13,909 nucleotides of DNA from a bacterium (GTDB lineage: Bacteria; Hydrothermota; 32-111). The translations under genes were made by a program, and so were the position numbers. Shown here in pieces: positions 7,303 to 13,909 of this stretch; the stretch's first letter is position 1, and the number at the start of each line of letters is the position of its first letter. The stretch covers positions 1 through 13,909 of the forward strand of contig JAWOBN010000106.1 in NCBI GenBank assembly GCA_046484245.1, read 5' to 3'. The notes under the pieces are model-generated. The model ran no database searches. It was given only the letters and a program-made list of their open reading frames with translations, and was not told where the DNA came from.

Positions 7303-8163
7303 ATGAAAGAAAGACTATTCAAATATATGAATTTCTCAGCAGCCTTCTTATCTGTTGTCTTTCTGTTCGGCATAATATTTTCCATATTCTCAGAGGGACT
7401 GCCCGTCTTTGCAGAGATAGGTGTCTTTGAATTTCTCTTCGGCACATCCTGGCATCCTGTTCATTATCCCCCTGAGATGGGCATACTTCCTCTTATTGTA
7501 TCTTCACTCGTCGTTACTGCCGGTGCACTTATTATTTCCCTGCCTCTCGGAGTAGGATCGGCAATATATCTCTCTGAAATTGCAAGACCCGGAGTGCGCG
7601 AGGCATTAAAACCATTTGTTGAACTGCTTGCCGGTATTCCGTCCGTTATCTACGGTCTCTTCGGTATGGCATTTCTTGCACCATTCATAAGGAAATTATT
7701 TGATATACCGACAGGTCTCAATGCATTATCCGCATCAATTGTTCTTGGCATAATGGTGACCCCCATAATTTCAAGTATAGCGGAGGATGCCCTCTCATCA
7801 GTTCCCAAGAATCTGAGGGAGGCATCACTGGCTCTGGGAGCCAATAGATCGGAGACAATATTCAGGGTTGTACTGCCTGCTGCAAAATCAGGAGTCATAG
7901 CAGGAGTGATACTCGGTTTCGGCAGGGCAATAGGCGAGACAATGGTTGTACTGATGGTTGCAGGCGGTTCACCGGGCATGATAAAGAGTATATTGAGACC
8001 GGTAAGACCCATGACAGCAGCCATTGCATCTGAGATGGGCGAGACAATAATGGGATCATTGCATTACAGGGCACTCTTCGGAATAGCTATAGTGCTGTTT
8101 ATTATCACATTCGTATCCAATCTGATAACACAGTTCATTTTAGAGAAAGGGAAGAGACAATGA
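7303..8163 (+). CDS. pstC: Phosphate ABC transporter permease PstC
   Basis: ELLAGIPSVIYG, EASLALGA (EAA loop) and GRAIGETM motifs. ATG 7303 is preceded by ggag at 7293-7296. Confidence 0.95.
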   Translation: MKERLFKYMNFSAAFLSVVFLFGIIFSIFSEGLPVFAEIGVFEFLFGTSWHPVHYPPEMGILPLIVSSLVVTAGALIISLPLGVGSAIYLSEIARPGVREALKPFVELLAGIPSVIYGLFGMAFLAPFIRKLFDIPTGLNALSASIVLGIMVTPIISSIAEDALSSVPKNLREASLALGANRSETIFRVVLPAAKSGVIAGVILGFGRAIGETMVVLMVAGGSPGMIKSILRPVRPMTAAIASEMGETIMGSLHYRALFGIAIVLFIITFVSNLITQFILEKGKRQ

Positions 8164-9014
8164 TTACAAGAAGAATAAAAGAAATTGTCAGCATCAATCT
8201 GCTCCGTCTGCTTATTTCTGTCAGCATCATGTTCCTCCTCTTATTCCTCTATCTGATATTCTCCAAGGGCATGGGGGTGATTGACTGGGCATTTTTAAGC
8301 CAGAAACCCCTTAACGGCATGACAGAGGGCGGTATATTCCCCGCAATACTGGGGACAATGTATCTTACAGTGATGTCTCTTGTTATTGCATTCCCTCTGG
8401 GGGTGATGGCTTCTGTGTATCTGGCTGAATACGGAAAGCCGAGATGGATCATGACAGTGATAAGAACAGCAATCAATACACTGGCCGGAGTGCCTTCAAT
8501 AGTCTACGGTCTGTTCGGTCTGGCAATATTCGTCAATATGTTCAATATGGGGGTATCCATTCTCTCCGGCTCACTGACACTGGCAATACTGATACTCCCC
8601 ATAATAATCAATGCATCTGAAGAGGCAATAAAGCAGGTCCCTTCAGGGTTCAGGGAAGCAGCATTCGCTCTGGGTGCAACAAAACGGCAGGTTATCATGA
8701 AGGTGATCCTCCCTGCTGCACTGCCCAATATACTGACAGGGGCAATCATTTCAGTCGGCAGGGCTGCCGGGGAAACAGCCCCGATACTTTTTACAGCTGC
8801 AACATTCTATACAGGGAAACTGCCGCAGTCAGTTATGGATGAGGTGATGGCATTGCCCTATCACATATATGCCCTGATGACAGAGGGCACTGCCCCTGAC
8901 AAGCAGGTACCGATTGCATACGGGACAGCCGTTATTCTCCTGCTGCTTGTGCTTGGAATTAATACTGCGGCAATTATTATAAGATACAGAATGAGGAGGA
9001 CAAAGCAATGGTAG
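8160..9014 (+). CDS. pstA: Phosphate ABC transporter permease PstA
   Basis: [33 protein letters not shown] and GRAAGETAP motifs; ATGA overlap with pstC. Confidence 0.95.
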   Translation: MITRRIKEIVSINLLRLLISVSIMFLLLFLYLIFSKGMGVIDWAFLSQKPLNGMTEGGIFPAILGTMYLTVMSLVIAFPLGVMASVYLAEYGKPRWIMTVIRTAINTLAGVPSIVYGLFGLAIFVNMFNMGVSILSGSLTLAILILPIIINASEEAIKQVPSGFREAAFALGATKRQVIMKVILPAALPNILTGAIISVGRAAGETAPILFTAATFYTGKLPQSVMDEVMALPYHIYALMTEGTAPDKQVPIAYGTAVILLLLVLGINTAAIIIRYRMRRTKQW

Positions 9015-9778
9015 ATAAAGTTTGCAGTGAATACTGTATAAGCACGGATAAACTGAATCTGTGGTTTGGAGACAATCACATACTCAAGGATATATCATTC
9101 AATGTGCCCAGCCGGAAGGTCAATGCAATAATAGGTCCCTCGGGATGCGGAAAATCCACTTTACTGAGATGCTTCAACAGGATGAATGACCTCAGTGGCG
9201 CGAGGATTCAGGGTGATATATATCTTGACGGCAAGGATATATACAAGGACAAGATTGATGTGTATGATCTGAGGATGCGTGTCGGAATGGTCTTTCAAAA
9301 GCCCAATCCATTCCCCAAATCCATTTATGAGAATGTTGCATTCGGTCTGAGGATAAAGGGCATCCGAAGCAAGCATAAGATCAATGAGAAGGTAGAAAAG
9401 AGCTTGAAGGATGTCTGGCTATGGAATGAAGTGAAGGACAGGCTCTATGACTCTGCTTTTGAACTCTCGGGCGGTCAGCAGCAGCGCCTCTGCATTGCCA
9501 GGGCAATGGCGACAGACCCCGAGATCGTGCTTCTTGACGAACCCACATCAGCACTTGACCCCAAATCAACAGGCAAGATAGAAGAGCTGGTGGTTGAACT
9601 GAAGAACAATGTCACACTGCTCATAGTAACCCATAATATTGCACAGGCCGGAAGAATATCGGATTACACGACATTCCTCTATATCGGTGAACTGATTGAA
9701 TTCGGTGAAACCAAGAAGGTGTTCACAGTGCCTGAAGACAGAAGAACTGAACAGTATCTGACAGGGCAATTCGGATGA
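9008..9778 (+). CDS. pstB: Phosphate ABC transporter ATP-binding protein
   Basis: Walker [45 protein letters not shown] and C-terminal TGQFG. Confidence 0.97.
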   Translation: MVDKVCSEYCISTDKLNLWFGDNHILKDISFNVPSRKVNAIIGPSGCGKSTLLRCFNRMNDLSGARIQGDIYLDGKDIYKDKIDVYDLRMRVGMVFQKPNPFPKSIYENVAFGLRIKGIRSKHKINEKVEKSLKDVWLWNEVKDRLYDSAFELSGGQQQRLCIARAMATDPEIVLLDEPTSALDPKSTGKIEELVVELKNNVTLLIVTHNIAQAGRISDYTTFLYIGELIEFGETKKVFTVPEDRRTEQYLTGQFG

Positions 9779-9810
9779 CAATGAACATATCACGCTCTTT
9801 CTCCAAAGAG

Positions 9811-9835
9811 AAGGGACTGCTGTCTGCAGTCCCTT
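9811..9835. repeat. Perfect 10-bp hairpin in the pstB-phosphoesterase spacer
   Basis: aagggactgc-tgtct-gcagtccctt; no clear U-tract on the plus strand. Confidence 0.7.
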
Positions 9836-9887
9836 ACCTATTGAAATCATGTCTTGTTCCCCTTAGAATAAGACAAAAGGAGGAGAA

Positions 9888-10637
9888 ATGAAAATAATGC
9901 ACATATCGGATATACATAAGACAGGCAGCTTCTTTGTCAAGGAGTGGGGTGAGAAGATAAAGCAATGCATAGAGAATGAGTCGCCGGAGCTTGTAATAGT
10001 AACAGGAGATATTACGGACAATGGCTTTCTCTATGAGTATGAGGAAGCCAAAAGCTTCCTTGACAGCCTCAATGCGGCAAATATGCTTGTTGTGCCCGGC
10101 AATCATGATTCGCGCAATGGCGGCTATCTGATATTTGAGGAATTCTTCAAAACACGGTATCCTCTCTTTGAGAATGAGCAGGTTATTGTACTGGGCATTG
10201 ATTCATCGGAGCCTGACCTGGATGACGGTCATATAGGCAGGGCAAATTATAAATATATTGAAGACAGGCTAAAGGACAATGAGGACAAGATAAAGATCAT
10301 TGCTCTCCATCATCATCTCATACCGATACCGGGAACAGGCAGGGAGCGCCATATACCTGTTGACAGCGGTGATTTCCTCAAATTGATAGATGAACTGGGA
10401 ATAGACTTTGTACTGTCGGGACATAAGCATTACCCGTGGATATGGCGCCTGGAAGAAACATATTTTATAACAGCCGGGACTGCTGCAACAAAACGCCTGA
10501 AGGGCAGGAGTTTCCCCTCTTACAATATGCTTGAGATAAAGGAGAACAATGTGGAGATAAATGAGATTAATGTTATTACCGGTGAAACAAAATTAACCCT
10601 CAATAAGGAATGGAATGGAGGCAAAGATGCTCAGTAA
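9888..10637 (+). CDS. Calcineurin-like metallophosphoesterase (CpdA/Icc-like), cytoplasmic
   Basis: All five metal motifs present: HISDIH, TGDITD, PGNHD, HHH and SGHKH. No signal peptide; SD aaggag. Confidence 0.9.
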   Translation: MKIMHISDIHKTGSFFVKEWGEKIKQCIENESPELVIVTGDITDNGFLYEYEEAKSFLDSLNAANMLVVPGNHDSRNGGYLIFEEFFKTRYPLFENEQVIVLGIDSSEPDLDDGHIGRANYKYIEDRLKDNEDKIKIIALHHHLIPIPGTGRERHIPVDSGDFLKLIDELGIDFVLSGHKHYPWIWRLEETYFITAGTAATKRLKGRSFPSYNMLEIKENNVEINEINVITGETKLTLNKEWNGGKDAQ

Positions 10638-11283
10638 TAGAACCGATGAACTCAAAAAGAGCCTTGTGGAATATACTTCACATATTGAAAACATGATATC
10701 TATAAGTATAAAGGGGCTGCTTAAGAAGAATGGTGATGTGCTGGATAAGATACTTGATATGGAGGATACTGCAAACAGATATGAGGTGGATATTGAAGAT
10801 GACTGTATCACGATTATTGCTCAATTCCAGCCAATGGCAAAAGACCTCAGGTCAATACTGACAATACTGAAGATGAGCAATGATCTGGAGAGGATGGGGG
10901 ATCATGCAGTCAATCTCTCACAGCATTCCTCATACATAATAGACAAGGAGCCGATCAAACCATTTATTGATCTGCCGCGTATGGCTGACCTGACCATAGA
11001 CATGGTCAAGAACAGCATCAATTCATTTCTCAAGGAGAATGCCGCGCTTGCAGATCAGGTGCTTCAGTCAGACAATGCTGTTGATGATCTGCGGGATAAG
11101 ATAGTGAGGGAACTCATTGAATGCATGATAGATGATTCGCGGACAATTGAGAGAGCTCTGCACCTGATTGAGATTGCCCGTAATCTGGAGCGTATTGCTG
11201 ATCTTGCGACCAATATTGCAGAGGACACCATATATGTTGTCCGGGGTAAAAACATCAAGCATAATATTGAACAGGACGATTGA
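10627..11283 (+). CDS. phoU: Phosphate signalling complex protein PhoU (alternative start 10615)
   Basis: QP.AKDLR, DLERMGDHAVN, D..VDDL and RNLERIADLATNIAE motifs. SD ggagg at 10617-10621 precedes ATG 10627. Confidence 0.95.
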   Translation: MLSNRTDELKKSLVEYTSHIENMISISIKGLLKKNGDVLDKILDMEDTANRYEVDIEDDCITIIAQFQPMAKDLRSILTILKMSNDLERMGDHAVNLSQHSSYIIDKEPIKPFIDLPRMADLTIDMVKNSINSFLKENAALADQVLQSDNAVDDLRDKIVRELIECMIDDSRTIERALHLIEIARNLERIADLATNIAEDTIYVVRGKNIKHNIEQDD

Positions 11284-11399
11284 CGGCCACAAATATAATT
11301 TTTTGATTAAGCCAAGAAAAACCCATTATAATAAATACTTGTTCTATATAGTATTATAGATTTAGGTATTGACTTCTATTGTATCAAGAGTCATTAAAA

Positions 11400-11762
11400 T
11401 CAATGATGATTCTTATCAGAGGGTGTGTACTCCTTGCTTGAAAGCTTTTTATTCTTATATGCATCAATGATTTCTTCAACAGTACCGTCAGCACCGCGTA
11501 TGACCTCAATGCCCATCTGCTGGAAATATGCAATAGCCCGTGCACCTACACCCCTGACAATCAGTTTGTCAACATTCTTCTGGGAGAGATATGTGGGCAT
11601 ATCCCCCGGTTTGTGGGAATCAAGAGGATTTTCCTCTACTTCAATAAAATGCTTGCCATTATCATCAATCTCTATAAAGGCGAAATAGGGTGTCCTGCCG
11701 AAATGTTCACTGATTGTTGATTCATGTCCTTGATTTTGAGCAACAGGAATTGATATCTTCAT
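11400..11762 (-). CDS. NifB/NifX-family (dinitrogenase FeMo-cofactor biosynthesis domain) protein
   Basis: MKI.IP, ISEHFGRTPYF, ENP and GVGARA...F..MGIEV motifs; SD aaggagg at 11773-11767. Confidence 0.88.
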   Translation of the reverse strand: MKISIPVAQNQGHESTISEHFGRTPYFAFIEIDDNGKHFIEVEENPLDSHKPGDMPTYLSQKNVDKLIVRGVGARAIAYFQQMGIEVIRGADGTVEEIIDAYKNKKLSSKEYTPSDKNHH

Positions 11763-11792
11763 TCTTCCTCCTTAAGTTAGTGCTATATAAAT

Positions 11793-11820
11793 AGAATAAT
11801 TCATTAAAACACAATGTCAA
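11793..11820 (-). promoter_or_regulatory. Sigma70-type promoter for the NifB/NifX-family gene
   Basis: Minus strand: TTGACA (11820-11815), 16-bp spacer, TATTCT (11798-11793). Confidence 0.55.
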
Positions 11821-11927
11821 GAATCAATATTCACTAATTTTCTAAATGCATTAAAGATGAAGCTTATAAGCACTGCTTTCATCATATACCCGGCAAAAAT
11901 GGCAATCCCCGTATTGAAAATTTATTT

Positions 11928-12338
11928 AAGGGACGGAGGTTGAAGATATCAAAGATCTCAGGGCGAGGACACAACTTCCTAAATAAATAGACTTGTTCTG
12001 ATAAGAGCTTTTTTCTCATAAGGAATAAAAATCAACCGCAATGATCATCATCCAATTAAAAAGGCGAAAACATATGTTTGAAATCTTTTAAGTAGTACAT
12101 TGTTTTAAGTCAAAAAAAGTGATATGACTTTTAGCGCTTGAAAAAATGTCTAAAAAACAGCAAAAGAGCGTATTTTGCGTTTTGGTTCTTGGATAGCATG
12201 CGTATTGCTCAACTTTCATTAAAATGAAACAACCGATAATAATGCAGCAGAATGGTTGTAACAATATTTATTATGGCACTTATACAGGAAAATATAATAT
12301 ATTGAAAAAATCTTTGATATATTCAACCTCCGTCCCTT
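11928..12338. mobile_element. Non-coding 411-bp element with 29-bp terminal inverted repeats, related to the 371-515 element
   Basis: aagggacggaggttgaagatatcaaagat (11928-11956) versus atctttgatatattcaacctccgtccctt (12310-12338): 28/29 complementary. AT-rich interior; no target-site duplication seen. Confidence 0.65.
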
Positions 12339-12342
12339 CATG

Positions 12343-13761
12343 TCAGTCAATTACAATAAATTTCATGAATTTTTTATTATGGAGGATGAAAATGATGCCC
12401 GGGCGGGGTGCGGTGAGTTTTCTTCCATCAGGTGTATAGATGTCTGAACCGGTTCTTATAATCTGTGACAATTGGTCAATATGCATTATTCTTGTGTAAT
12501 TCTTGTCGGAATGCATACTGCTGTTTACTCCGGACTGTTGATGATTGGGGAAGAGGTCTGACCATTTGAACCGGGAGGGATAGATATATGATGCATTATT
12601 GGAAGGATCTGCAAATGATATGAAGAATAGTGAATCATTGGGCAAGAAGAGCATTGTCTGAATTGTATTGTAATTGGATACTGATGTCATGATACTCCAC
12701 ATCTTTACAGATGTCATAATGGAGTCGGAATTCACTGAATCCAATACCTCCTGATAGCGCGGGTCTTCCGGCGGACGCGTGTAATTGACCTCCTCGTGAT
12801 TGAGCATAAGCAGATAGTACGGGTAGAAATTGTGATCATCAATACTGAGCCGGAAGGTGTCAGCAGATTCATTGGGGCATTCTATTACAGCTGCACTGAT
12901 GTGGGCAGAATCCGCATAAGGCTTTATTGTATGACAGAGCCATGAACCGGGATTATTATGCTCTTTGCAGAGAGTGAATGCATCCCGGAAATCAATTGAG
13001 TCATTCCCGTCATAATCACCTGTCTCCAGTATCATTCTCTGCGAGATGAGGAATGGGGTGAATGCAGGCGAGTAATTGGTGTTGTTTCTGTGATAACCGA
13101 CATTGACCTCTGTTACAGTCATATCAGAGTTCATGCCTGAGAGCGGTGTGATAATGCCGGGGTATGAGAAACATAGCCATTCATTGGCTGAATCCGGGTC
13201 AAATGTCATAATCATTGCATTAGCAAGCATATTATCCGTATGGGAATAATCCAGATTCCTCGCCATAATAATATTGCCCCTGATGAGTGAGTCACTCTCA
13301 GTAGGCCTGCCCCATGCTGAAAGAGATGAACATCCGAATGCCCCTTTCTTTGATTTGCTGTATAAGAAATCTATGTCCACAATGGCATTGGCAATAAGTA
13401 TGTCTGTTGAATCAAGATCTCTGCCCAATGTGTCAATATAGATGCTTGAGCCGGAGCCCTCTATTCCGTCAATAACAGCTCCCGCTTCTTCACAGTACAG
13501 GTCAGGTACAGTGAAATCATTCCAGAAATTGGAATAGATAAAGTTATAGGCAGTTACGGAAAGTCCCAATCCATTGAAGAGATAATCAATGAAGAATTCC
13601 GGTATTCTGCTGTTCAATGCATATCCGTGACCATAACCCATCTCATAATTGCTGCCCCATACATTGAGTACTTCACAACCATTGATTGTATCCAGTGAAC
13701 TGTTCTGCGCATAGATGCCAATTGAACAAATGATAATGAGCATGATAAAAAATCTTTTCAT
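12343..13761 (-). CDS. Secreted C45-family Ntn hydrolase (autoproteolytic acyltransferase/amidase) with a short T9SS-like C-terminal domain
   Basis: Signal peptide; GSNYEMGYGHG, GCSSLSAWG (nucleophile Cys), ARNLDY and SGMN motifs. C-terminus reads IYTPDGRKL...PGIIFI...KFIVID. Confidence 0.8.
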   Translation of the reverse strand: MKRFFIMLIIICSIGIYAQNSSLDTINGCEVLNVWGSNYEMGYGHGYALNSRIPEFFIDYLFNGLGLSVTAYNFIYSNFWNDFTVPDLYCEEAGAVIDGIEGSGSSIYIDTLGRDLDSTDILIANAIVDIDFLYSKSKKGAFGCSSLSAWGRPTESDSLIRGNIIMARNLDYSHTDNMLANAMIMTFDPDSANEWLCFSYPGIITPLSGMNSDMTVTEVNVGYHRNNTNYSPAFTPFLISQRMILETGDYDGNDSIDFRDAFTLCKEHNNPGSWLCHTIKPYADSAHISAAVIECPNESADTFRLSIDDHNFYPYYLLMLNHEEVNYTRPPEDPRYQEVLDSVNSDSIMTSVKMWSIMTSVSNYNTIQTMLFLPNDSLFFISFADPSNNASYIYPSRFKWSDLFPNHQQSGVNSSMHSDKNYTRIMHIDQLSQIIRTGSDIYTPDGRKLTAPRPGIIFILHNKKFMKFIVID

Positions 13762-13764
13762 TGT

Positions 13765-13908
13765 TCATTCCAATATGATAAATTTATCATTTACAGTGCC
13801 ATTGTCTAAACGGAATTGTATGAAATAGATGCCGGGGATAATATCATTGATTTCAAAATCCAAATTCCCAAGATTACCGTTATAAAGAGTTTTTATAAGA
13901 GAACCGGT
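13765..13908 (-). CDS. 3' end of a protein with a T9SS type A (Por) sorting-like domain; partial, runs off the window
   Basis: Manual translation TGSLIKTLYNGNLGNLDFEINDIIPGIYFIQFRLDNGTVNDKFIILE*. The stop lies 3 nt before the ATG of the C45 gene. Confidence 0.75.
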   Translation of the reverse strand, partial: TGSLIKTLYNGNLGNLDFEINDIIPGIYFIQFRLDNGTVNDKFIILE

Positions 13909-13909
13909 T

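Noticed and set aside
9776..9835. Selenocysteine read-through at the pstB TGA followed by hairpins
   Set aside because: PstB ends at its normal G-x-F-G terminus and another in-frame TGA follows two codons later.
557..11688. Numerous antisense or alternate-frame ORFs (e.g. 557-1069, 4588-5280, 7650-8024)
   Set aside because: Shadows of well-supported genes, with no motifs of their own.
11400..11762. Evidence for nitrogen fixation
   Set aside because: The NifB/NifX domain is widespread outside nif clusters and no nif genes are in the window.
12224..12439. 71-aa plus-strand ORF
   Set aside because: It crosses the inverted-repeat arm and overlaps the C45 gene antisense; no SD or domain is recognisable.
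1..13909. CRISPR array, tRNA/rRNA, transposase or integrase gene
   Set aside because: No regularly spaced direct repeats, RNA-gene signatures or recombinase motifs were seen.

Overview
Bacterial genomic window from a diderm organism; the beta-barrel porin and T9SS-like C-terminal domains suggest FCB-group affinity (inference). Left to right: (1) a minus-strand Phe-rich leader peptide with mutually exclusive protector, antiterminator and terminator hairpins, i.e. a probable phenylalanine attenuator for a gene beyond the left edge; (2) a cluster of small repeats, including a 145-bp element bounded by 28-bp inverted repeats; (3) a five-gene sulfur-handling operon (SLC13/TrkA-C permease, CstB-like MBL-rhodanese fusion, two half-size YeeE/YedE proteins, DUF1622); (4) a phosphate-uptake operon behind a four-repeat TTAACA Pho box: putative porin, pstS, pstC, pstA, pstB, a calcineurin-like metallophosphoesterase and phoU; (5) on the minus strand, a NifB/NifX-family gene, a C45-family Ntn hydrolase and the 3' end of another T9SS-CTD protein; (6) between the NifB/NifX and C45 genes, a second, 411-bp inverted-repeat element related to the first. 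All calls are from motif recognition by eye; no searches were run.
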